The notes under the pieces were generated by a model that did no database searches, was not told the DNA's origin, and was given only the letters and a program-made list of their open reading frames with translations. Below are positions 39,712 through 49,563 of a stretch of DNA of 49,563 bases, one piece after another. A program made the position numbers and the translations under genes. Numbering within the stretch: position 1 is the first letter of the stretch; each line of letters begins with the position of its first letter. Origin of the DNA: Octopus bimaculoides (Eukaryota). The stretch is taken from contig NC_068998.1 in the NCBI RefSeq assembly GCF_001194135.2, positions 11,045,944 to 11,095,506 on the forward strand. Direction: 5' to 3'.

Positions 39712-40523
39712 GGATTAATGTGCATGTTGGGTCCCGACATCATCTGTGTGACAGAACAAGAAAGAATTGAAAGACCTTATTGAATGATTTCCAATTTGGC
39801 AAAGAGCAATGGAAAATTGAAGCTGTCACTATCGAAATAACGTCGTGAAAGCAAGCACAGAAATTGTGTGGGTACCTTGACGGCGTTTTTAAGTTGAAAG
39901 GAATTCGTTTTAGTGAAAAGAACTCTTTTGTTATGTGAGGTATATAAAACCTTTTCTAGAAGCTTCCAACAAAGTTTCGTGTAGAACTGCAAAATAAAAG
40001 TGTAGTACAGTACCGGACCAATTATCCAACAAGCTTGGGATTACAAGTGACCCGAATTTCTGAACTTTCCGGTTTTCTGGTGACTGTCCTAATATATACT
40101 TAACATATAAAATGAATTGTGAAAAGTAAAGAGCTAAATTGTATTAAACAGATCCAAATTAATTCATTTCTAAAGCAGTGTCTATTTGATATTTATTAAT
40201 CCACTTAAATTCTTAAGATATGTCATATGTACCACGTATACTGTATAATGCTAAAAGGATGAAAATAAAATGAAGAATAAGTAAAGAATGTGATTTTATT
40301 CAATAGATGCACGGATAAATTAATACGATTCTAAAACAGGATGTTTAATCTTTATTAATCCTCATAGAAAAGAGTAAAGAACAAAACTAGCTTCACACAT
40401 CGTATGTAAATTAACCAGCTTGAAAAAACAGGGTCTGTTTATTCAGTGCGAGGCACAATAGAGTCGGGTTTCTAGAAGCCGGATAAGAGACCCGGTATTA
40501 TATCGTTGATAAATAGAAGAACT

Positions 40524-40723
40524 ACTTACGTCGCTGCCCAACAATAACAACTTGCGAGGATCGGTCGTTTACAATTAGGGCCAACGAGAGTAGAAATGGG
40601 TTCAGCTTTGCAACAACGACATGACCGTGATGTCATTGTTACGCAAATTAGGGAAGCATTACATGTAAGCTGATCAAAGCTATTTAAGGGCGACACGTGA
40701 CTGTAACGCAGCCTTTTCATTGG
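40524..40723 (-). promoter_or_regulatory. Possible core promoter and short first exon (minus strand)
   Basis: In transcription order: CCAAT (40719-40723), E-box CACGTG (40694-40699), TATA-like TTAAATAG (40680-40687), C/EBP-like TTGCGTAA (40639-40646), CRE-like TGACATCA (40628-40635), then GAC|GTAAGT donor (40524-40529). The island is locally CpG-richer. Confidence 0.25.
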
Positions 40724-40984
40724 TACGGTACAGCACGATAAAAAGAAATCCTCATACAGTCGGAGAAAGCTCAATGTACGCTTGAAATGATTGAAGTCAT
40801 GCTGGGCGAGGATTTCATAAGCGATTGAGTCTGGTGTTGCTATACAATGACACTGTGTGCCAGAAATCAACTCCCTTAATCCAACAAAATGTTTAGGTTG
40901 AAGAGAGCGAGGGGGGAGAGAGAAAGAGAGACAGAGACAGACAGAGACAGACAGAGAGACAGAAGATGTTACATCAGCGCTCGG

Positions 40985-41147
40985 TTGGCACTCATTTCAG
41001 TTGAGTAAGTAAGCTGAAACAACCCGGAGTGAAGTACGTAGCTCTACTGAAGGCATATCACGCTGCTCAGTTCATGAGCCGAATCCATGACCTTATGATT
41101 GCGAACCATACACCACAAGGACTAAATGACTAGATCACGCGCCTTCA
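40985..41147 (-). mobile_element. Old tRNA-headed CORE-like SINE (family E)
   Basis: Reverse complement begins TGAAGGCGCGTGATCTAGTCATTTAG...GGATTCGGCTC and ends CAGCTTACTTACTCAACTGAAATGAGTGCC. Confidence 0.55.
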
Positions 41148-41640
41148 TTTAGTAATAACAAGTAAAATGTGAGATGTAACTATATAGCGATTCATAATCT
41201 GAAATGGGTTAATTAACGTAACGCTACAAAATAGCAGCAGCTAGCTTGAATTTGTCGTTTGCCGTTTTTATATCACTAAATATGACAAAAGCCATATAAT
41301 TTGATTGCGCACAAACAGTAGCAAAAATCTCACCAGATAAATAAAAGTCAGCTTTATAATGCAAGCGAGATATTAAAAATATTGCACGTATTTATTTTTC
41401 TCCTTTTAGTCATGTAACTCAAATGGTAAAATGTAAAAATGCACTGATTTATAATGTAAAATAGGGAGTTACAGACTTGGTATAAAATAGTTGTAGCTAG
41501 CTTGTGTATGCAATTTGTCGTTTTTATATAAATATATATGACAATATCCTAATGATTCCCTGTCCACCATGTTTTGTTCCTGGATATCCATTTATAAAGT
41601 ACATCCAAGTTATGATTTTTTTAAAGGCATACTGACACAT

Positions 41641-42850
41641 AATAATGGTTTCAAATTCTGGCACAAGGTCAGCAATATTAGAAGGAGACAGTAAATGGAT
41701 TGCATCGACCCCAGTATTCAACTGGTACTTATTTTATTGACCCCGAAATGATGTAAAGCCAAGTCGACCTCGGCAGAATTTTAACTCAGAACGTAAAGAC
41801 AGACGAAATGCCGCTGAGCATTTTTCCCGGCGTGCTAACCATTCTGCCAACTTTCCACCTCATAATAATAATAATAATAATAATAAGAAGAAGAATTCTT
41901 TCTATTATAGGCACAAGGTCTGAAATTTGGTGGGAAGTGTTATGTCGATTACATCGTCCCCGGTGCTCCACTGGTACTTATTTTATCGACCCCGAAAAGA
42001 TAAAAGGAAAATTCGACCTCGGCGGAATTTGAACTCAGAACACGAAGACAGACGAAATGCCACTGAGCATTTTCTCCGGTGTGCTAACGGTTCTGCCAGC
42101 TCACCGCCTTTTGCTGGCTCGTAATAATGATAATAATGGTTTCAAATTTTGGTACAAGGCCAGCAAGTTCGAGGAAGGGAATAAGTCGATNNNNNNNNNN
42201 NNNNNNNNNNNNNNNNNNNNNNNNNNNNNNNNNNNNNNNNNNNNNNNNNNNNNNNNNNNNNNNNNNNNNNNNNNNNNNNNNNNNNNNNNNNNNNNNNNNN
42301 NNNNNNNNNNNNNNNNNNNNNNNNNNNNNNNNNNNNNNNNNNNNNNNNNNNNNNNNNNNNNNNNNNNNNNNNNNNNNNNNNNNNNNNATATCAAGATGGT
42401 TTCATATTTTGGCACAAAGCCAGCAACCTCTGGAGAGGTGGGTAAGTCACTTATGTCCGACCCCAGTGCTCAACTGGTACGTTATTTATCAACACCGAAA
42501 GGATGAAAGGCAAAGCCGACCTCAGCGGGATTTGAACTCAGAACGTAAGGACGGATGAAATGCTGCTAAGCATTTTGCCCGGCGTGCTAACGATTCTGCC
42601 AGCTCACCACCTTAACTGCCACCTAATAATCCTTTCTATTCTAGGTACAAGACCTGAAATTTGGTGGGAGGGAGGGAGACTGGTTGATTACATCGACCCT
42701 AGTACGCAACTGGTACTTAATTTATCGACCCCCGAAAGGACGAAAGACAAAGTCGACCCCAGCGGAATTTGAACTCGGAACGTAAAGATTGACGAAATAT
42801 CGCTAAGCATTTCGCCCAGCGTGCTAACATTTCTGGCAGCTCGCCGCCTT
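41641..42850 (-). mobile_element. Head-to-tail array of about 5 SINE family B copies
   Basis: Units at ~41641-41860, 41895-42110, 42125-42190 (cut by gap), 42390-42615 and 42625-42850, joined by short (TAA)n linkers. Confidence 0.9.
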
Positions 42851-42902
42851 AATAATCATGATATAAAGAATGGAAGCAGTGAACAATTCTTAGAGTTGGT
42901 AA

Positions 42903-43180
42903 AGCGGCGAGCTTGCCGAATCGTTAGTGCGCCGGGTGAAAATGCTTAGCGGCATATTGTATTAGAGCAGGGGGTTTTCAAACTTTTTGACTTGCGGACC
43001 CCTTTATATTTCAGGCTTTACCTTAGGGACCCCCTTATAAACGCTTATGAAATTTATACATAANNNNNNNNNNCATATATAAAATCAAATTGCCCATAAA
43101 GAGTATTTGCTGTCTACGGACCCCCTGTCTTGTCCTTGCGGACCACAGTTTGAAAACCCCTGTATTAGAGTGTTTCGTCA
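42903..43180 (+). mobile_element. SINE family B head interrupted by a hAT MITE
   Basis: AAGCGGCGAGCTTGCCGAATCGTTAGTGCGCCGGGTGAAAATGCTTAGCGGCAT before the MITE resumes as TGTTTCGTC after it. Confidence 0.75.
42968..43162. mobile_element. hAT (Charlie-like) MITE with perfect 8-bp TSD
   Basis: TIRs CAGGGGGTTTTCAAACT and AGTTTGAAAACCCCTG; TATTAGAG at 42960-42967 and 43163-43170. Confidence 0.9.
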
Positions 43181-43297
43181 ACGTAGAGCGCTGGGTTTAA
43201 ATTCTTTTAAGGATCCAGTAAAAGCATTTGGAAGTGGAAAACCATTTCTGACCAGGCTCCATGTCAGTCTCGTTTAAGTTTATCGTTGCCTCTAATT

Positions 43298-43512
43298 TCC
43301 CGTTCTAATTATGCTCTAAGCTCTCGTTCTAATTATGAAGAACTCTATACCCTCGTTCTGATTACGGATTGATTAGAGTTCTGGTTATAATTACGAACGG
43401 CTCTAAGACTTAGTTTCAATTATGAACTGCTTTAAGGGCTCGTTCTAATCATAGACTGCTCCAAGGCTTCGCTCTAATTATGGTCTACTCTAAGCCTTCG
43501 CTCTAACTATGT
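43298..43512. repeat. Degenerate ~29-bp minisatellite, ~8 units
   Basis: Consensus approximately CTCGTTCTAATTATGAACTGCTCTAAGG; cores near 43301, 43325, 43354, 43384, 43412, 43441, 43470 and 43499. Confidence 0.85.
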
Positions 43513-43809
43513 TGGCACTCCGTCGCTTACGACGTCGAGGGTTCCAGTTGATCCGCTCAACGGAACAGCCTGCTCGTGAAATCAACGTGCAAGTGGCTGA
43601 GCACTCCACAGACACGTGTACCCTTAACGTAGTTCTCGGGGGAGATTCAGCGTGACACAGTGTGACAAGGCTGACCCTTTGAATTACAGGCACAACAGAA
43701 ACAGGAAGAAAGAGTGAGAGAAAGTTGTGGTGAAAGAGTACAGCAGGGTTCGCCACCATCCCCTGCCGGAGCCTCGTGGAGCTTTTAGGTGTTTTCGCTC
43801 AATAAACAC
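43511..43809 (-). mobile_element. SINE family D, young copy (head lost in gap)
   Basis: Reverse complement differs from 25563-25860 at only about 10 positions over ~297 nt by eye. Confidence 0.95.
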
Positions 43810-44664
43810 NNNNNNNNNNNNNNNNNNNNNNNNNNNNNNNNNNNNNNNNNNNNNNNNNNNNNNNNNNNNNNNNNNNNNNNNNNNNNNNNNNNNNNNNNNN
43901 NNNNNNNNNNNNNNNNNNNNNNNNNNNNNNNNNNNNNNNNNNNNNNNNNNNNNNNNNNNNNNNNNNNNNNNNNNNNNNNNNNNNNNNNNNNNNNNNNNNN
44001 NNNNNNNNNNNNNNNNNNNNNNNNNNNNNNNNNNNNNNNNNNNNNNNNNNNNNNNNNNNNNNNNNNNNNNNNNNNNNNNNNNNNNNNNNNNNNNNNNNNN
44101 NNNNNNNNNNNNNNNNNNNNNNNNNNNNNNNNNNNNNNNNNNNNNNNNNNNNNNNNNNNNNNNNNNNNNNNNNNNNNNNNNNNNNNNNNNNNNNNNNNNN
44201 NNNNNNNNNNNNNNNNNNNNNNNNNNNNNNNNNNNNNNNNNNNNNNNNNNNNNNNNNNNNNNNNNNNNNNNNNNNNNNNNNNNNNNNNNNNNNNNNNNNN
44301 NNNNNNNNNNNNNNNNNNNNNNNNNNNNNNNNNNNNNNNNNNNNNNNNNNNNNNNNNNNNNNNNNNNNNNNNNNNNNNNNNNNNNNNNNNNNNNNNNNNN
44401 NNNNNNNNNNNNNNNNNNNNNNNNNNNNNNNNNNNNNNNNNNNNNNNNNNNNNNNNNNNNNNNNNNNNNNNNNNNNNNNNNNNNNNNNNNNNNNNNNNNN
44501 NNNNNNNNNNNNNNNNNNNNNNNNNNNNNNNNNNNNNNNNNNNNNNNNNNNNNNNNNNNNNNNNNNNNNNNNNNNNNNNNNNNNNNNNNNNNNNNNNNNN
44601 NNNNNNNNNNNNNNNNNNNNNNNNNNNNNNNNNNNNNNNNNNNNNNNNNNNNNNNNNNNNNNNN

Positions 44665-44741
44665 GCTAGGCTACGTATGTATTTGAATGCTTGTGTATGC
44701 AAATGTGTATATGCATGTGTGTGTCTTGTGTGTGCATGCGT

Positions 44742-44774
<33 letters not shown>

Positions 44775-45311
44775 TGTCTGCCTGTGTGTCTGTGTACATG
44801 TGTGTGTATGCATTTGTGTTAGGTTACGTATGTATCTGTGTGCTTTGTGTAAGCAAATGTGTATGTGTATGCGCGCGTGTGTGTATGTATGTATGTGTTG
44901 TGAGTGTGCGCGCGTGTGTTGTGTGTGTGTGTGTGTGTATGCGTGTGAGTGTCTGTGTGTGTGTATGATTTTGTGTATGTGAGTGTGTAAGCATTTGTGT
45001 GTTTGTTCATGTACGTACACGTGTGTATGAGTTTGCGACTATGATCGCGTGTATGTATGAATACGTGCGCACGCGCTTGCCTGCGTTTATGTATGTGGGC
45101 TGGGATGGGGAGGATATTCTTGTGTGTGTGTGTGTGTGCGTGTGTATGTGTGTGCATATGTGTGTGCATGCGTGTACGTGTGTGCATGTGTGCGTGTGTG
45201 TGTGTGTGTGTGTGCGTGCGTGTACGCGCATGTGTGTGCGCGCACGAGCACGTGTGCGCATATTTCTATATGTGTTTGCAACAATATATGCGCGTATGCA
45301 TGGATATACCT

Positions 45312-45357
<46 letters not shown>

Positions 45358-45720
45358 TTACAAGCGTTTTGTGTGTGTAGGAATGCTCGTTTATATGTGT
45401 GTATATGTATGTGTTTGCGAGTATATGTGTGTGTATGTATGAATATGTGTGTACGTGTCTTCTTACATTCGTGTATGTGAGATGAGGGTTATGCTTGTGT
45501 AAGTGTGTATGCGCGTATATGTATGTATGTATGTATGGGTCTCCGAGTGTATGTGTATGCGCGTTTGTATGTATAGCGTGAGCGCTTGCATGCGTTTATG
45601 TATTTGCACGCTCAAGTGCGTGTATGCGTTTATCTATGTGTCTTTGCATGCTTGCATCAATGAGTATACGCGCACGTATGCATATGCCTGTACGATTGTG
45701 CATATATGTACACACGTATA
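44665..45720 (+). repeat. TG/TATG/TGCG low-complexity tract
   Basis: Direct inspection. Confidence 0.95.
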
Positions 45721-46403
45721 TTAGAACTATATATTCGCATATACGTTTTGGTTTTATCAAAATAATAAAATAATGATTTAAAAAAAAAGGAAACTAATAA
45801 TAATTCTAGTAATAATAATAGTAATAAAAATAATAGTGACAATAAAAAACTCGTCCTTGAGATCATTGGAAAAAGGACAGATAACGCAATAAGAAAGGAA
45901 AAATTAAACATTATAAACATGACAAGCGTTTTGTAACAGGAAAAATGTGTGTAAACGGTGGAAGCAATTATTGGCAAATTGTATAAACGTTGGGAATTTA
46001 AAGAGTTCGGTGTTTCTCTATTGAAATTGCAGTTTTTAATTTATCTATCATCAATTAAATAATCACATTCTACAAATATAATGTTTAAAAACATATTATA
46101 AACAGATTTAATTTCTCTAAAAATAATCCTAAACATGTATGGAGTTCTTTTTTGTTGTTGTTGTTGTTGTTGTTGTTGTTATTGTTGTTGATAATTTTCA
46201 AATTTGATTTTACAGAGAGGGAAAATATGTGTGTGTCCATAGATTTTTGCAAAAATGACTTTTTGTAGTCGAATAGTATAAATACAAGGATTGTGTAATC
46301 ATGGGCGAAAACATATGAGCTGGAAGTGATTTGTATTGTTCAACGCATTTACCGTATTTGCATTTGAGACTATTGTGAGACAATATTGTTGTCGTTATTG
46401 TGC

Positions 46404-47050
46404 TTAGCGGCATATCGTCTGTCATTATGTTCTGGGTTCAAATTCCACCGAGGTTGACTTTGCTTTTCATCCTTTCGGGGTTGATAAATTAAGTACCAGT
46501 GAAACACTGGGGGTCGATGTAATCAACTAATGCCCTCCCCACGTATTTCAGGCCTTGTGCCTTTAGTAGAAAGGGTTATTATGCTTAGCGGCATATCGTC
46601 TGTCTTTACGTTCTGAGTTCGCATTCCACCGAGGTTGATTTTGCTTTTCATCCTTTCGGGGTCGTTGAATAAGTACCAGTTGCGCACTGGGGTCGATGTA
46701 ATCTACTGACCCTCTCCCCTAAGATTTCAGGCTTAGTACCTATCACAGAAATGGTTATTATTAAGAGGCGGGGGAAAGCAGCGAGCTAACAGAATCGTTA
46801 GCACACTGGACAAAATGCTTGTGTCTTTCAGACTTTCAGGTCGGTGAAATAAGTACAAGTTGCGCAGTGGGGTCGATGTAATCGACTGGCCCCCTTCCTT
46901 AAGATTTCAAGTTTGGTGCATATACCAGAAAGGTTTGTTATTAAGAGACGACGAAGGCGGTGAGCTGGTTGTATCGTTAGCATACCGGATTAAATGCTTA
47001 GCGGCATTTCGTCCGTCTTTATGTTCTGAGTCCAAATTCCGCCGAGGTCG
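46404..47050 (+). mobile_element. Head-to-tail array of 4 SINE family B copies
   Basis: Units at ~46404-46578, 46582-46760, 46763-46940 (internal deletion) and 46953-47050 (3'-truncated). Confidence 0.9.
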
Positions 47051-47117
47051 AATAACCCAGGACCGACTAATATCGTGTGAGTAAATTTTGATAGACAGAA
47101 ACTGTGTGGAAACCCTT

Positions 47118-47151
<34 letters not shown>

Positions 47152-47972
47152 NNNNNNNNNNNNNNNNNNNNNNNNNNNNNNNNNNNNNNNNNNNNNNNNN
47201 NNNNNNNNNNNNNNNNNNNNNNNNNNNNNNNNNNNNNNNNNNNNNNNNNNNNNNNNNNNNNNNNNNNNNNNNNNNNNNNNNNNNNNNNNNNNNNNNNNNN
47301 NNNNNNNNNNNNNNNNNNNNNNNNNNNNNNNNNNNNNNNNNNNNNNNNNNNNNNNNNNNNNNNNNNNNNNNNNNNNNNNNNNNNNNNNNNNNNNNNNNNN
47401 NNNNNNNNNNNNNNNNNNNNNNNNNNNNNNNNNNNNNNNNNNNNNNNNNNNNNNNNNNNNNNNNNNNNNNNNNNNNNNNNNNNNNNNNNNNNNNNNNNNN
47501 NNNNNNNNNNNNNNNNNNNNNNNNNNNNNNNNNNNNNNNNNNNNNNNNNNNNNNNNNNNNNNNNNNNNNNNNNNNNNNNNNNNNNNNNNNNNNNNNNNNN
47601 NNNNNNNNNNNNNNNNNNNNNNNNNNNNNNNNNNNNNNNNNNNNNNNNNNNNNNNNNNNNNNNNNNNNNNNNNNNNNNNNNNNNNNNNNNNNNNNNNNNN
47701 NNNNNNNNNNNNNNNNNNNNNNNNNNNNNNNNNNNNNNNNNNNNNNNNNNNNNNNNNNNNNNNNNNAGGAGGAGGAGGAGGAGGAGGAGGAGGATAGTGG
47801 TTGTCGTTAGTGATGGCGGCGGCGGTAATGTCAACAATGATGACCACGATGGTAATACGCCCTTCTAATTCAACGAGGCAAAATACCTACAGGAACAGTA
47901 GCAGGTCAATATGGTACAATATAACCTTCCTCTCTAACCCAAACACCTTTAAGACATAATTGACCATTATGT

Positions 47973-48003
<31 letters not shown>

Positions 48004-48282
48004 TTTGTGACCTGGTATAACTATCAGTCACAATTTTCCAGTGTACAACTCAGTCTGTCTCAAGAGACTTTGAAATTTGACCCGACAACTAATTTACTTT
48101 TACAAAGACCAGATGACAGTAGACAGACATGGATTTAATCCTCCTGATTTGGAGTAAGAGAATCGAAGAATTGCCAAGGTTAATACTCGTTCCCGATCAT
48201 AACTACGCTTAACTTCTGTATTTGCGAAACAAAGAACTCTCTTTGAGGTCAATCGGCCATGTTTTTCTTCCACCATTTTTTC

Positions 48283-48335
48283 TGAACCCAGAATCATGTG
48301 GTAGGGAAGCAAGCTTCTTACCACATCCACCTATG
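48283..48335 (-). mobile_element. SINE family A head fragment
   Basis: CTGAACCCAGAATCATGTGGTAGGGAAGCAAGCTTCTTACCACA. Confidence 0.7.
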
Positions 48336-48366
48336 TATGTATACAGACGCTGTATGTATACACACA

Positions 48367-48555
48367 CTGCAAGGTACTGAGTTTTCAGTCTAATACCATT
48401 ACATAAATCATTTTATAAATAATTACATAAATAAATAAAGCAATCTCCCTGATGAAGTGCCGGCACACAGCTGGCGCTGGTTCATATTTATTTATGTAAT
48501 TATTTGTAAAATGATTTATATAATGGTATGAGAGTGAAAACCCAGTAACTTGCAG
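48367..48555. repeat. Long palindrome: 71-bp arms, 47-nt spacer
   Basis: 48367-48437 is the reverse complement of 48485-48555 with 6 mismatches. Confidence 0.95.
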
Positions 48556-48701
48556 CTGTTATCGCTGCACAGGAACAAATGTTATAATTTGTAATTAAAG
48601 CCTGTTGAGCCAATATTATATGCTTTAATGTCATGCACTAAAAACTATTTTCCTGAATATGCGCTGCTGAAATTAAGGCGCGCCTAATACGACCGTGTCG
48701 T

Positions 48702-48941
48702 TTATACAATCAAATACGTGAACTTTCTCTTGGCTGCTTTGCATGAATAACTTGCATCATGATAATCTCTTTGCAGAGACTAGTAATAGTCAGTGACCAT
48801 GCTTGTGTTCCACCTGCCTTGATACCTAGTCTGCATGATCTCGATGTCTTGGAGGAATCTTTCTCCTTGCTCATCACTTACTGCATTATGATTTTCAAGG
48901 AAGTAGTCCAGTTGATTGTGCAGGAAATGCACTTTTACACT
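48702..48941 (-). pseudogene. C-terminal relic of a Chapaev3-type (CMC/Transib-related) DNA transposase
   Basis: Translates SVKVHFLHNQLDYFLENHNAVSDEQGERFLQDIEIMQTRYQGRWNTSMVTDYY*SLQRDYHDASYSCKAAKRKFTYLIV*. It matches the conserved SLK.HFLHSHLD.FP.NLG.VSDE.GERFHQDI..ME.RYQG.W...M..DYCW.L.RD motif, with TAG replacing the Trp codon. The motif match is strong; the superfamily label is from recall. Confidence 0.8.
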
Positions 48942-49127
48942 CTTATTTCTTTATTGCCCACAAGGGGCTAAACACAGAGGGGACAAACAAGGACAGACAA
49001 AGGGATTAAGTCGATTACATCGACCCCAGTGCGTAACTGGTACTTATTTAATCGACCCCGAAAGGATGAAAGGCAAAGTCGACCTCGGCGGAATTTCAAC
49101 TCAGAACGTAACGGCAGACGAAATACC
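48942..49127 (-). mobile_element. SINE family B, 5'-truncated young copy with tail type Z
   Basis: Reverse complement GGTATTTCGTCTGCCGTTACGTTCTGAG...GAGGTCGACTTTGCCTTTCATCCTTTCGGGGTCGAT...AATCCCTTTGTCTGTCCTTGTTTGTCCCCTCTGTG...GGGCAATAAAGAAATAAG. Confidence 0.9.
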
Positions 49128-49371
49128 TACATTTGATGAAGCCAAATCTATCCTTGTAGATGGTGACCATACAGAAAGTACCGAAAAAAATGAACCTTTG
49201 AGTTAGCGGAAAAATCTTCACAATAGAGCAAAATGAATTTCATATGATACAACTGAACGCCCTTCGTAACACTTGTCATTGCATATTCTTTTGATCACCT
49301 CGTTTCAAATTTCTCGTCATGATTTTCACTGCATGCTTTTATCTTCATATCCAATGAATTATGTTTACTTG

Positions 49372-49555
49372 TCTCAGTCACTGGACTATGCTGGTGTATC
49401 ACCTTGAAGCGTTAAATGGAACAGATCGACTCCGGTACATAGTTTTTTAAATTTTGGCACTTATTCTATCGGTGTCTTATTTGTCGAATAGCTAGATAAC
49501 AGGAACGTCAACAAACCAACACCAATTATTAAGCGGGGGTGGAGCACAAGCACAA
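49372..49555 (-). mobile_element. Old SINE family A tail fragment
   Basis: CAGTCACTGGACTATGCTGG...CACTTATTCTATCGGT...AACAAACCAACACC. Confidence 0.55.
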
Positions 49556-49563
49556 ATTCAAAG

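Noticed and set aside
39466-39783. Poly-Arg ORF
   Set aside because: Simply the (AAG)33 microsatellite read in one frame.
40526-40870. 114-aa Cys-rich minus-strand ORF
   Set aside because: Non-ATG start, no recognisable domain, and the stop overlaps a splice-donor motif; better explained as chance in a GC-richer island.
41641-42850. Regularly spaced repeats that could suggest a CRISPR-like array
   Set aside because: Units are ~220-bp SINE copies with microsatellite linkers in a eukaryotic context; there are no unique spacers or cas genes. The same applies to the minisatellites at 28831 and 43298.
48080-48280. Possible Tc1/mariner catalytic-region relic (…GLNPC…IWSL)
   Set aside because: Resemblance to SPDLNP.D..IW is too fragmentary to support without an alignment.

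Overview
Gappy eukaryotic draft-genome window: about 7.9 kb (~16%) is N, in roughly 20 gaps that mostly sit beside microsatellites. It is AT-rich, intron- or intergenic-like and saturated with simple repeats (TA, CA/TG, GA, GATA, TATG, AAG, GGT/GAT, CAA, ATT). The interspersed tRNA-headed SINEs match, from my recall, those of Octopus (coleoid cephalopod) genomes; this is an inference, not a search result. I found no confidently identifiable host protein-coding gene, rRNA, true tRNA or CRISPR array. Nearly every long ORF in the supplied track is an artefact of N-runs or microsatellites. What the sequence supports is a layered transposon landscape: at least four tRNA-derived SINE families (one full-length young copy with an 11-bp TSD; head-to-tail arrays of another with interchangeable 3' tails), an unclassified dispersed repeat, and several MITEs (two hAT-type with perfect 8-bp TSDs, one mariner-type, one with perfect 15-bp TIRs). 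There are also decayed coding relics of a Chapaev-type transposase, a mariner transposase and an RTE-like LINE, a 71-bp-stem palindrome, and an in-situ foldback inside a SINE. A few short unique islands carry canonical splice signals and may be exons of a long-intron gene, but strand and frame cannot be settled from sequence alone. I did not find a convincing novel biological system; the findings are mostly transposon-structure observations.
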